A stretch of DNA of 64,000 bases from Patescibacteria group bacterium (GTDB taxonomy: Bacteria; Patescibacteriota; Microgenomatia; UBA8517). Positions within the stretch are counted from its first letter, which is position 1. Every line of letters begins with the position of its first letter. This document shows, piece after piece, positions 1 to 9,632 of the stretch. Both the position numbers and the translations under genes were made by a program. A model generated the notes under the pieces. It was given only the letters and a program-made list of their open reading frames with translations. It did no database searches and was not told the DNA's origin. The stretch spans positions 171,773-235,772 of the forward strand of contig JBGSJG010000004.1 in the NCBI GenBank assembly GCA_041742135.1, given 5' to 3'.

Positions 1-2
1 TA

Positions 3-773
3 GGCAGACCCCGCAGCGGGGCTTTCGATATGGATAAACGCGCGGAAGCAGTCAGAGGAGAGTGCCATTACTGTTGTTTGGAAGGTGTGTGTTGCCCCAG
101 TACCGATACGGACGTTCAAGGTATAGTTGGTAGCGGTGCTCGTGCCTTCGTCGTTGCCTTCAATGACAAAAAACTCTTGACGAACCACGACATTGGCTAC
201 GTTTTCAAGAAGTCCACCAGAGCCTGTAAGTTGAGGGACCTGATTCGTACCAATCTCGGACTCAGTTGTTCCCATAGCTCCGACCAAAGACTCCATAGGG
301 ATAATTGCCGAGGCGTATTGAGTAGCAGTGGTGTCATCAAACTCGTAGGTGACTGCAATCAGAGCTCCAATGTTATTAGTAGTTAAACCTGTCCCTGTTG
401 TAATATCAAAATAAACTGAAAGATCAAGTGTTGCGCTATTTGCTGCCGGAAAGTTTGTAACGAAATGAGAGGTAAAATCAAATGGCCCCAGCCACCCGCT
501 CATATTCTCACCGGAGTTAGAAATGTCGTCAGTTTCAGTAATTGTAGTTGACCCAGCGCCGTTTACTGAGCAGGCAACTCGATGCTCACCAACCGTTGCA
601 CCAGTTACTGTGCTCATATCAGAATAGCTAATCCAGACCATAACCGAGCGGAACGTCCGCGTAGCATTTTCAGCATAAACTGTGATTTGAGGCAAGGCGG
701 TAAGCGATGCGTCAGCAACAGATGCATCGCTTTTTTCAGTAGCGTACCAAAGTGTTTTGACTCTTTGCGCCAT
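3..773 (-). CDS. Ser/Thr-rich hypothetical protein, paralog of 1054..2964 (runs off the window edge)
   Basis: Not in ORF track. Manual translation from ATG at 773 gives MAQRVKTLWYATEKSDASVADASLTALPQITVYAENATRTFRSVMVW...ISNSGEN, aligning with MATRQKTIEF...AFRSVSL...VANSGDN. Confidence 0.75.
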   Translation of the reverse strand, partial: MAQRVKTLWYATEKSDASVADASLTALPQITVYAENATRTFRSVMVWISYSDMSTVTGATVGEHRVACSVNGAGSTTITETDDISNSGENMSGWLGPFDFTSHFVTNFPAANSATLDLSVYFDITTGTGLTTNNIGALIAVTYEFDDTTATQYASAIIPMESLVGAMGTTESEIGTNQVPQLTGSGGLLENVANVVVRQEFFVIEGNDEGTSTATNYTLNVRIGTGATHTFQTTVMALSSDCFRAFIHIESPAAGSA

Positions 774-775
774 AA

Positions 776-961
776 TTAATTGTTAGGCCTAGGCTCCATT
801 GTTATTAATATTGTTCCCACTCTCCAGTCTGGATTACTTAGCTGAACCCGGAGTTTGTACTTTTTGCCTTTATAGTCAAGACGGGCGGAGGATTGCTTGT
901 CAGGAGATTTTTCGGCATCGTCGTATACCTTCTCGATACTGCTTTTAAGTTTTACATCCAT
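776..961 (-). CDS. small hypothetical protein (61 aa)
   Basis: Co-oriented, ends 2 nt before the next ATG, protein-like composition. Confidence 0.55.
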   Translation of the reverse strand: MDVKLKSSIEKVYDDAEKSPDKQSSARLDYKGKKYKLRVQLSNPDWRVGTILITMEPRPNN

Positions 962-1053
962 AGTTTTCTATGTTTGTATTCTATCAAATAACGGGGACTA
1001 TTGGAGAACCTAGAAGTTCCTCGTGTTGTTGCATCTAATTTTAGGTGCAAGAG

Positions 1054-2964
1054 TCAAGCTGCTGTACCATGATCGCTTCTGCCCTGATGTGTGGAGTCCT
1101 CATAGGCTGTAACATACATGTCTTCCACGTCACCATACCAAGTAAACGAATATGCCCCGTCGCCAGATCGGCTGGTTGTGGCCATCACTTCGTGTGTCCC
1201 CGCATCGTGAAGGTAGAGATTAATTGTTCCTCCACCAGAGCCAGAGATGTCTCCAGCAATGGTAAAGGTGATAGTGTGATACGTAACCCACAGGCCATAC
1301 CAGCTAGTTGATAAAGTCGGAGTATCCATCCTGAAAGATCTCGAAGTTTCTATGTCAAGGCGTGTGGGGTCCATATCGTTGGGGTGGCGCTTCCAAGTCT
1401 TTCTTGATGCATATCGAGCGGTAATGTTGCAGTTTTCATTGTCGCTTCTGTATTGTGTAACTCCGAAAGTTTCCCAGCCTTCGCCCTCACCCTCACCCGA
1501 TTGGCGCTCAGCTTGCAAACACAGCGATCCGGAGGTTGTGTTGTCTGTTGTTACCCCTCCTTCAGAGCAAACTCCAGTAAGCCAATAGCTAGACTCAGGG
1601 ATGGGGACAGATTTGCTGTCAACTTGATCACAATAGTTGTCATTGGTGCACTCAGACAGCAAATGAAACCGTGATTGATTGTGTGCACCAACACCATCAG
1701 TTGCTTTACCGCTTGTATAGTTTAAGATTAAAAATCCATTGACGCCCCAGCCATCATTGGCAGTAGAGGAGTAGATTCTGCATTCATACGGCATGCGTCC
1801 GCGTGCCAGCGTTGTAAAAGCTGTTCCTTGCTGGCCTCCAGCATCAATGCGGTGGACGAACATCCACTGTCCGTTTTGTGAACTTCCCGCTGTACAAGTG
1901 TATGTGGTGTAGCTGGCCTGGTTTCCCACAGCAATGTTCATAGATGTTGTGGCTGCGCCGTTTAGGCCAATTACACACGCACTCTCCTTGAGTGTAATAG
2001 TTGTTGGCTCTTGGATAAAGATGTCGCGCCCCCATGAGTCTCCATCTCCAGAAGTAGTTCCTCCAGCCCATCCTGTGGTATCAATCGCTCCGAGAATTAA
2101 ACTATTCCAAACAGTTGTAGTGGAAGAAGGATCAAATTCATATGTGACAGTGACCCATCCTCCTGGGTTGTCACCGCGACTGGTCACAGTAGCGCTCATC
2201 TCAAGCGAGCTGGCAGAAGTTAGAGTTTCTCCTGTGATGTCATAGCATAAGTTAATCCAACAAGATGCTGATAATCCTGCTTCCACATCCCAAACAGTAA
2301 CTGTACTGCCACCGTTTATGCGTAGTTGAATAACAAAGTCTGTGGTGGTGGCCACTACCTCGTTTCCAGTTATTTCCAGAAACGCCTGCCGAAGTGTTAC
2401 AGAGCCTTCCGGTAAAACACTACTGCCCCCAGTTAAAGCGGGGATTGCCGTGGCGCCACCGATAGTTTGCATAGAAGTTGTTAGTACAGATCGGGTAGAC
2501 TCGATAGGGATTCTGATAGTCTTTATGTGGGTACTGCTCGTGTCATCGTAGTCATAAGTGATAACAAGCTTAAATGAGTGATTTATAGTATTGGTCAGCG
2601 TTGCCCCATTAAAGCGCACGTACCAAGTGTTGCTTGTTCCGGACCAATTACTAGCAAAAAAGGCTGTAACGTCGGCCGCATACCACCAGGCTTCATTGTC
2701 GCCCGAGTTTGCTACTGGTGTTCCAAGTGCGTTGTTGTCTTGAGTACCAAACCCGCTGTCTGTCCCAATTGCCAGCTGTACATTCGCTAGGTTTCCAGCA
2801 GTCGTATTATCTCCACGAAACTGACACAAGAGGGAAACACTGCGAAATGCCACGACTGTTTCGGGGATATAAATCGCAATCGATTTGTCTCTGTTTGAGG
2901 CAGCGGTGAGTGTTGTTGCATCTACAGAGCTTGCAAATTCGATTGTTTTTTGTCTTGTTGCCAT
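1054..2964 (-). CDS. Ser/Thr/Gly-rich beta-structured hypothetical protein (636 aa)
   Basis: Long ORF, no obvious signal peptide, C-terminal Ig/transthyretin-like segment. Confidence 0.8.
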   Translation of the reverse strand: MATRQKTIEFASSVDATTLTAASNRDKSIAIYIPETVVAFRSVSLLCQFRGDNTTAGNLANVQLAIGTDSGFGTQDNNALGTPVANSGDNEAWWYAADVTAFFASNWSGTSNTWYVRFNGATLTNTINHSFKLVITYDYDDTSSTHIKTIRIPIESTRSVLTTSMQTIGGATAIPALTGGSSVLPEGSVTLRQAFLEITGNEVVATTTDFVIQLRINGGSTVTVWDVEAGLSASCWINLCYDITGETLTSASSLEMSATVTSRGDNPGGWVTVTYEFDPSSTTTVWNSLILGAIDTTGWAGGTTSGDGDSWGRDIFIQEPTTITLKESACVIGLNGAATTSMNIAVGNQASYTTYTCTAGSSQNGQWMFVHRIDAGGQQGTAFTTLARGRMPYECRIYSSTANDGWGVNGFLILNYTSGKATDGVGAHNQSRFHLLSECTNDNYCDQVDSKSVPIPESSYWLTGVCSEGGVTTDNTTSGSLCLQAERQSGEGEGEGWETFGVTQYRSDNENCNITARYASRKTWKRHPNDMDPTRLDIETSRSFRMDTPTLSTSWYGLWVTYHTITFTIAGDISGSGGGTINLYLHDAGTHEVMATTSRSGDGAYSFTWYGDVEDMYVTAYEDSTHQGRSDHGTAA

Positions 2965-3242
2965 CTATTTGAAATCCAAAAAAATAGCTAATCGTGAGAA
3001 GTTAACTTGTCTAGTGGAATCGATAGCTATATTTACTGGTATCATCGCTTTCTTCGAGCAAAAAATAATGACCCCGTATTGCCGTACCCAGCGCATGTGG
3101 ACACCCCAATTCGGCACGTGTAGACGACTAATTTTTGCGTTTACACCTGTTTACTTTTTAACTTAATAACTTTATATCGTTTGAGTATAGTGCTTGTCAA
3201 CATTTTGGCGCACCATTAGCCTTGAAGAATTTTTCCTCAAAC

Positions 3243-3755
3243 CTAGACGTTCCACTTTTTCGTAAACCACCAATTTTTGTCGTCAGTGAGGTTAAGCCTA
3301 AAAGAATGACCCTTTGTATATCCATTGACCGCAGAGATGACTCCGTTTTTAGTTCCAGCTCGATAACCGTTGCCTGCCACAATTCCACCCTTCTTAACTT
3401 TTTTGGTCCATTCGATAATGTCTCGAGCCACTTCGTCAAAGCGCTTGTCTGCATCAATATAAACAAAATCCAAAGAAGAATCTTTAAAATCATGTACCGC
3501 TTTGAGGCTGTAGTTTTTAACGAGTCTACTTGAAAAAGGGGAGAGATTTTTACGGGCAAGGCTATTTTGTGCTCTGGTTTCAGCAGTGGATCTACCGTCT
3601 ACTTCCCAAGAGTCAATTCCGGTGTATTTTAGCCCGGGAATGTTCTTACAAAGAACTTTTCCAAACTCACCGTTTCCTACGCCAACCTCAACACCTGTCT
3701 TGTAGCCTTGGCTACCTAGATACTTTGCCAAATCAACACGATTTTTAAGAGACAT
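3243..3755 (-). CDS. class I SAM-dependent methyltransferase (Methyltransf_24-like)
   Basis: VEVGVGNG motif I, SLDFVYIDA, KKGGIVAG. Confidence 0.85.
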   Translation of the reverse strand: MSLKNRVDLAKYLGSQGYKTGVEVGVGNGEFGKVLCKNIPGLKYTGIDSWEVDGRSTAETRAQNSLARKNLSPFSSRLVKNYSLKAVHDFKDSSLDFVYIDADKRFDEVARDIIEWTKKVKKGGIVAGNGYRAGTKNGVISAVNGYTKGHSFRLNLTDDKNWWFTKKWNV

Positions 3756-3800
3756 TTATAAACTAACATTAGCAACTGGCTTGCTACTATGCAAGATGTA

Positions 3801-5498
3801 TTAATTGAATTGCTTGATTATTTCGCTGGTTTTTCCCCATCCAGGGATGTCGTCTGTTGTGATAAACCCTTTGGCCGTGTCTTTGTCTCGAAAATCATTT
3901 ACACTCCATTTATTCTTGCTCAAATTGTGCCCGTGCTTGATGTCAAGCATTGGGAAAGGAGCTTTCCAAGACGCAGTTAGTTTAGTGTCTCGGCCACCGG
4001 GCTCAAAGCCCATTGAGCTTTTGTAGCCGTATTTTCTAACTTCGACGACGCGTTTTCGATAAAACTTAAGTAGGTGTTCGCGGTAAGCACACAAACCTGA
4101 AACTTGGTTTGCGTCCCAATGTACCGCAAAGCCATCGGTTGATCTTACTCGCCACCAGTTATGGTCGTAATAAAAAATATCTTTTTTGGGTGGGGTAAAT
4201 TCAAAGTGGGACGGGTGATAAATACAATCGTGTTCGCAGAAGTAAATTACTTCGGCGGTGCTTGCTTCAAGGCCCGCGAGAATTTGCTCAAACATTGCTA
4301 AATAGCTTCGTGTGAGGTGTTTAAGGTGGATGTTTTTAGTTCCAAAATGAGGCATGGGTTTAAGCGACACAGAGACAATTGGAATGCCCGAATCTTGGCT
4401 AATGTGGCGCAGCTGTCTTTGTACGGCATGGGCAATTTTGAGTTTCAACTGGTTGTCTGTATAAAACACAATGCCTTTTGTGGGCGTGGCAGAGTAGACA
4501 ACACCATTGTCGGAGATGTCTTCTGTTGGCTCAGCTTCGTCGGGCTTTGTGGTAAATTCCGGAAAAGAAAAAGTATTTGCTTTAAGGTTTGCCAAGTCTT
4601 GTTCTGTCCAGCCCTTGACCGGCCAAAACTTTTCTACTAGCCAGGAAAACGGGTGTTTTTGCAAGGGCCACTGATTATTAAAAAATAGATTTTTTGCATA
4701 ATTTTTGGCTTTCTCCTGGTCCCTGCCACTCATCGGGTATGGGAAGCCAAAGTCTCCACCTTGAGTGCGAAACATGTGTGCATACCATGTTTTTTTATTA
4801 ACCATAACTCGGCCACCAGAAAGCCAAGTTTTTGCCGCAACCTCTATGCCTTGAGAGCCCCAACTGCCAAAGTTTTCATCGCAAATGCCCAACTCCCAGT
4901 ATTTTTCGCGCGTTAGCATAAAGCACGATCCCTGAATTGACATACTCTCTGTTAGCTCTCCCTTGCCTTCTGGGCGCCTGCTATATTCACCAAAGTACTG
5001 AAAATGAGGCGAAGAATCAAAACAATAAGAAACACTTTCAGGCCGCGGTTTTGCTATCCACACCACATCTCGAGTTGTTGGCTTTCCACAAACAGTACAA
5101 GGTCCACTAGGGCTTTGGTATCTGCGGTGGCCATCTGGGCATACCCAGTCAAAAGCGTGGAGATTTCGCATCAGAGGGATCATCGTCCAATCATCGTGCA
5201 TCTCATTCATTAGTTTGACGTCAAAGCCTTCGTCAAACGCACAGTGAGCATCACACTTCATTACATACTTGGCGGTGGATAATCTAGCAGCTTGGTTTGT
5301 TGCAGCTCGTTGGCCGATACTTTCTTGATTATGGACGAGTGTTACTCGTTCGTGATCAATCACGCCCGGGTCAGCCCAAGCGCCATCAAGCACGGCAATA
5401 ATCTCTGTGTCGCCTCGCATATTTTTAAGAATGTCCTCAATGGTGCGCGCCAAGAACATCTCGTTTCTGGCAGGAATTAATATTGAAAGATCAGCCAT
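3801..5498 (-). CDS. two-domain GT-A glycosyltransferase: N-terminal GT2/ppGalNAc-T-like domain plus C-terminal domain paralogous to 5491..6195
   Basis: Probable start MADLSILIPARNE at 5498, overlapping the upstream stop; CDAHC, WGSQGIEVAAKTWLSGG, YAHMFR; C-domain FCEHDCIYHPSHF. Confidence 0.85.
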   Translation of the reverse strand: MADLSILIPARNEMFLARTIEDILKNMRGDTEIIAVLDGAWADPGVIDHERVTLVHNQESIGQRAATNQAARLSTAKYVMKCDAHCAFDEGFDVKLMNEMHDDWTMIPLMRNLHAFDWVCPDGHRRYQSPSGPCTVCGKPTTRDVVWIAKPRPESVSYCFDSSPHFQYFGEYSRRPEGKGELTESMSIQGSCFMLTREKYWELGICDENFGSWGSQGIEVAAKTWLSGGRVMVNKKTWYAHMFRTQGGDFGFPYPMSGRDQEKAKNYAKNLFFNNQWPLQKHPFSWLVEKFWPVKGWTEQDLANLKANTFSFPEFTTKPDEAEPTEDISDNGVVYSATPTKGIVFYTDNQLKLKIAHAVQRQLRHISQDSGIPIVSVSLKPMPHFGTKNIHLKHLTRSYLAMFEQILAGLEASTAEVIYFCEHDCIYHPSHFEFTPPKKDIFYYDHNWWRVRSTDGFAVHWDANQVSGLCAYREHLLKFYRKRVVEVRKYGYKSSMGFEPGGRDTKLTASWKAPFPMLDIKHGHNLSKNKWSVNDFRDKDTAKGFITTDDIPGWGKTSEIIKQFN

Positions 5499-6195
5499 AA
5501 ATTCGTAGTACCTCCTCGGCAGTTCCCCAAGGCGCGACATGGTCCGCCCGGATTTCGCTATGAGCTTTTCTGTTACCAAGTTCTGTATAGCCCAGAGCTT
5601 CTGATGTCGAAAACATAATATTTGGCTCTTCTGATTTATACTCCTCAGCGGGAACAGGGAAGATGCCAAGGTGGTTTTCGAATCTGCCAGGCTCACCCCA
5701 ATACATTCGCAAAAGCCCGGGAGGAGTTTCTTCAAGCGATGGATATTTGCTGTAGCGCTCTTCAAGCGTCTTAACTAGGGCGCTTTTGGTAGTGATCAGG
5801 CTATTCATAAGCTTTCGTTCGCGATAGGAAAATATTGGAGGCTTCACCCAAGAAAATATTGACCATTTATTAATGTTGTAAGAAAACATGTTGTCGTCAG
5901 CTGGGCGATAGTCAAAGTGAGAAGGATGATAAAGCATGTCGTCTTCAGCCATGGCAACGTACTTTGTTTGGGCGGCTCGGGCTCCAAGAAGCACTTGGTG
6001 GTAGATCATATAATTGGATCTTTTTTGTACTCCAATACAGATATTAGTGCAATTGTTTCCGATTACTGTTGGTTTAAAAGAAACGCTAACAATAGGCGTG
6101 TCGCCGATGGCTTTTAATAAATACTCTTGAGTGTTGGCCATAAAATGGTCACTGTTCATGTTTGCTGTGTAGTAGATGATTGTCAGGTCGTTCAT
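5491..6195 (-). CDS. putative GT-A glycosyltransferase
   Basis: TIIYYTAN...IVSVSFKP...MAEDDMLYHPSHF (DxD-like); paralog of the C-domain of 3801..5498. Confidence 0.7.
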   Translation of the reverse strand: MNDLTIIYYTANMNSDHFMANTQEYLLKAIGDTPIVSVSFKPTVIGNNCTNICIGVQKRSNYMIYHQVLLGARAAQTKYVAMAEDDMLYHPSHFDYRPADDNMFSYNINKWSIFSWVKPPIFSYRERKLMNSLITTKSALVKTLEERYSKYPSLEETPPGLLRMYWGEPGRFENHLGIFPVPAEEYKSEEPNIMFSTSEALGYTELGNRKAHSEIRADHVAPWGTAEEVLRIYG

Positions 6196-7049
6196 ATATT
6201 TTGGTTAATAAACTCTTGCCATATTTTGTATTTTTCTTTGTATATTTTGAAGTATGGATGATCTTCTTGGCCTTGCCAATAGGTTTCGTTAAGTTCAATC
6301 CCCGGCGCTTCATCTGTAAGGTTTTTAATTGGATTAGAAGCTCTTTTGTGCTCAACTGTGGCAAAGCCCGAAACAACTGCCCAGCCAAGTTTATCTAATT
6401 CGCGCTTGCTTGTGATCCCCGCGAATATATCATCGAAACGATTGATACCCAAAGCCCACGGCGCATGAAAGATATAGGGGAGAACTTTTCGTTTGAACGC
6501 AAGATTCATGCTACACATTGGGTAGTAAACACCTTTTGGAATGGGGCCTTTATAAAAAGTCGTTTTTCGTTTGTCACCAAGAACGAGCTGAGTTGGGGCA
6601 TCCCAGTCTCCCGAGCCTTCCCATACGCCGTGCGAGATAACAACTTCAGCTTCGTTTCTAATTGAGTAAGGGAAGCCTCTTGTGTAATCTGTGGCTGTGG
6701 AAATCCAGCTCACAGGGACATTTTGGTTGAGCGCAATAAGGTGGTCGGCGATAGTGTCGCCAAGAGGGAAGACGTCGTCATCCAAAGTAATGATAGTGTC
6801 AATGTCTTTAAGATTTTTCGCGACATAGGCGAAGCCCAAGTTTCTGATTCCTGCATTAAAGTTGGTCAATGCTTGAGCGTGTTTGCCCATCACCTCTTTG
6901 ACGCCTTTGCCATTAACTGTAGGATTTTTCCCGTCTTCGACTACAACCAATGTGCAGTCGTGCGCCTCAAATAGCTCCTGCCATGCACTTTTAAAAGCCT
7001 TGAACATACTCGGCCTGATGGTTGGAATTACAATAGCGATATTTGCCAT
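6192..7049 (-). CDS. reversibly glycosylated polypeptide / UDP-arabinopyranose mutase family protein (GT75-like)
   Basis: TLDDDVF, RGFPYSIR, ISHGVW..DWDAPTQL, IPKG.YYPMCSMNLAF, RFDDIFAG, HKRASNP follow the motif order of plant RGPs. Confidence 0.85.
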   Translation of the reverse strand: MANIAIVIPTIRPSMFKAFKSAWQELFEAHDCTLVVVEDGKNPTVNGKGVKEVMGKHAQALTNFNAGIRNLGFAYVAKNLKDIDTIITLDDDVFPLGDTIADHLIALNQNVPVSWISTATDYTRGFPYSIRNEAEVVISHGVWEGSGDWDAPTQLVLGDKRKTTFYKGPIPKGVYYPMCSMNLAFKRKVLPYIFHAPWALGINRFDDIFAGITSKRELDKLGWAVVSGFATVEHKRASNPIKNLTDEAPGIELNETYWQGQEDHPYFKIYKEKYKIWQEFINQNI

Positions 7050-7051
7050 GG

Positions 7052-7714
7052 TTATTTGTGTTTGCTCACGAAAGTTAAATATTCTGTTTCGTATTGATTT
7101 TCGCTGATCTCAGCCACATTTATTTTTTCTTTATAGATCACATAGGGCAGTGCAATTTGGTCACAAGTAAAATATCTGGACTGATAATACCACCAAGATT
7201 TAAGCATGTCGTGAACATTTTTGGTGTTTCTGTAAACAAAAGCGGTTGAGGTGTAAAGCACGGTATCGCGAAAGCCTGTGTCTGCCATCGCCTCGGCTAG
7301 CTGCTCTTTATGGAGCCCATTTTTGTATCTGGAAGTGATATATCGGCCGCCCTCTTGCAGTTTTTCTTCGATATGGTTAGTTTCTTCTGTAATTGAATTT
7401 CTCCAAGGATGTTTGAAAAAAGCCATGTCACTTGAGCCTAGTTTGTCTAAAAGCCAGACGGTTGAGTCCGCCCTAAGCATCGAAAACGAACTATCAAGCC
7501 AAATGTAAACATCATAATCGGGAAGCATCTGCCAGCCAAAAAGCTTGGGGATTCTGTATTGGAAACGTGGCGTAAGCCCTGTGATCGGAGGGAAGTCGTG
7601 GTCGGTGAAGCGGTGGAAATGTACTTTGGTAAAACCTGTTGGTGTGTCTTGGGAAACTGGGTCAATAGGTACATCGAAACTTCCTAAATTGGCCGACAAG
7701 ATAGCAATTTTCAT
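7052..7714 (-). CDS. DUF616 (TOD1/MUCI70)-like glycosyltransferase
   Basis: RIPKL...YDVYIWLDSS, FFKHPWRNSITEE, WW...CDQIALPYV. Confidence 0.75.
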   Translation of the reverse strand: MKIAILSANLGSFDVPIDPVSQDTPTGFTKVHFHRFTDHDFPPITGLTPRFQYRIPKLFGWQMLPDYDVYIWLDSSFSMLRADSTVWLLDKLGSSDMAFFKHPWRNSITEETNHIEEKLQEGGRYITSRYKNGLHKEQLAEAMADTGFRDTVLYTSTAFVYRNTKNVHDMLKSWWYYQSRYFTCDQIALPYVIYKEKINVAEISENQYETEYLTFVSKHK

Positions 7715-7715
7715 A

Positions 7716-8972
7716 TTACTTGATCTTTACATACATCCAGCTATTTTCTCGATAGTCTGGAGGGTTTTTAAGCTCAAACAAGGGGTGGATCGCATAAGCC
7801 TCGCACCAGGCCATAACAACGTTTTTGACATGCCCAAACTGGCGATTCTTGCTGGTACTAAAATCGTGCCCCGCTATAATTCCACCCTTTCTTACCTTTT
7901 TGCTCCATACCGCGATGTCGTTGGTAACGGCCTGAAACGAATGGTCGGCATCGATGTATACAAAGTCCAAAGATTCGTCTGCAAAGTCTTTTGCCGCCTC
8001 AACGCTCCACGTTTTAATAATTTTATTATTTGGATATTTGGCAAGTTTATTTTTAGCTATCTCGTACGCACGATCGTGGTCTCTTTGTTTTCGAAAGTTT
8101 TTATAAACAGGGTAGAATAGCCATGGATCAACCGAGAAAAGCTTCAGATCTGGATTGGATTGGCAGAGTACTTCCGAGTAAGTTCCCTCCAAAACACCAA
8201 CTTCCACTCCGACTTTAAAGCCAAGTTCGCGAAACAACACAGGTAAATCTTTATATCGATTGCAGGAGATTTTTATAGGGGAAGGCTGGCTAAGATCGAC
8301 ATTAAATTTTTTGACGATGTATTCAAGAGTCGCGTCCATTTGAGGCTTAACGATTACCCAAGATCGATAGCGATCACGAACTTCGCCCGGAACAATTTCT
8401 TTTGTCCCAAGCACGTACCAAGTTTTTATGTTGTTTTGCATGGCAAAGCGGTTTGTTGCAGCCACGACATCGCAAAAATTGTTTTTTTGTCTTATGTAGT
8501 CATGCCCCGCCAAAATTCCGCCGGGCTTGATTTTTTTGTACCACTGGTTAATGTCTTCAGACACAAAAGGATCTCTGTGGTTGGCATCAATGTATACAAA
8601 ATCTAACGAGTCGTCTTCAAAGCGGCGCAAGGCGTCTACGCTAAACTCTTGAATCAGCTCGTAATTTTTATATTTTGAAAGTCGCGCTACGGCATCTGAT
8701 TTTAATTTTCCGAGGGTTGTTGTGGATGTGTAATCACGGTAGCCGCGGTAGGGAGTATAAGGATCGACGCCAATAACTTTCATGTCTGGGTTATTGCGGC
8801 AGAGAACCTCTGAGTACTCGCCCGAAGCCACGCCAACTTCCACTGCGGTTTTGAAATTAAGTTTTTTAAGCCACGCGGCAAGATCGTCACGCCCGACATT
8901 GGGTATTTCAAGCGGCATGCTTTCGTCTAACTTTAGCTTGTAATTTTTGGCTATAAACTCTGAAACGTTCAT
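7716..8972 (-). CDS. tandem two-domain class I SAM-dependent methyltransferase
   Basis: Two copies of VEVGV..G.YSEVLC / SLDFVYIDA.H / GGI.AGHD; probable start at 8972 (ATGA overlap with the upstream stop). Confidence 0.85.
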   Translation of the reverse strand: MNVSEFIAKNYKLKLDESMPLEIPNVGRDDLAAWLKKLNFKTAVEVGVASGEYSEVLCRNNPDMKVIGVDPYTPYRGYRDYTSTTTLGKLKSDAVARLSKYKNYELIQEFSVDALRRFEDDSLDFVYIDANHRDPFVSEDINQWYKKIKPGGILAGHDYIRQKNNFCDVVAATNRFAMQNNIKTWYVLGTKEIVPGEVRDRYRSWVIVKPQMDATLEYIVKKFNVDLSQPSPIKISCNRYKDLPVLFRELGFKVGVEVGVLEGTYSEVLCQSNPDLKLFSVDPWLFYPVYKNFRKQRDHDRAYEIAKNKLAKYPNNKIIKTWSVEAAKDFADESLDFVYIDADHSFQAVTNDIAVWSKKVRKGGIIAGHDFSTSKNRQFGHVKNVVMAWCEAYAIHPLFELKNPPDYRENSWMYVKIK

Positions 8973-9631
8973 ATTTTTACCCACATCCAAGACCGCCATT
9001 TGTCACGGTACATTCCCGGGAGGCTTTGGCGAAGTCCCCAAATAATCAGTGGGCTGATACCATGCTTTTTAACATATTTGTTTATCGTTGTCTTCACCAA
9101 AAACTGACCGTTCTTGGTTGGTATCGTGTCGTAATAATCGTGCCCTGCAACAATTCCGCCCTTTCTGACCTTTTTGCTCCAACAATCTATGTCGCTCACA
9201 ACAAATTCCGGTTGGTGATTTGCATCAATATATACAAAATCCAAAGACTCGTCATCGAATCTATTTGCGGCATCGATGCTGTATTCTCGGATAAACTTAT
9301 AATTAGGGTAAGGACTAAGGCGATCATATGCCTCTTTAAAATATTGCTCTTGCCGTTTTTGAGACGATGAGTTCTCTGTACGCTTGTCCGCTGGGTTTTT
9401 CCTTGAGTTTTCCTCGGACTCCCAAGGATCAATGCCATAGATTTTCATTTGGGGATTTTTTTTGCACAAAACCTCAGAATAACGCCCTCTTTCAACGCCG
9501 ATCTCAGCACCAACTCTAAAATCAAGCTCATGCAACAAGCTTGCAAGGTCTTCTCTTCCTGTGTTTGGGATTTCTACCTTCCAGTCGGGCTTGAGTTTGT
9601 ATTTTGTGAAGATATGCTCAAGGGTGTCTAT
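8969..9631 (-). CDS. class I SAM-dependent methyltransferase, probable non-canonical ATA start
   Basis: AEIGVERG, SLDFVYIDANH, AGHDY; similarity to paralogs extends upstream of the TTG at 9538 to an ATA at 9631. Confidence 0.8.
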   Translation of the reverse strand: MDTLEHIFTKYKLKPDWKVEIPNTGREDLASLLHELDFRVGAEIGVERGRYSEVLCKKNPQMKIYGIDPWESEENSRKNPADKRTENSSSQKRQEQYFKEAYDRLSPYPNYKFIREYSIDAANRFDDESLDFVYIDANHQPEFVVSDIDCWSKKVRKGGIVAGHDYYDTIPTKNGQFLVKTTINKYVKKHGISPLIIWGLRQSLPGMYRDKWRSWMWVKI

Positions 9632-9632
9632 T

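Noticed and set aside
5499-5765. N-terminal extensions in the ORF track (654-aa GT; likewise 10640, 8999, 22290, 57279, 60971)
   Set aside because: They overlap neighbouring genes; downstream starts fit the homology and translational coupling better.
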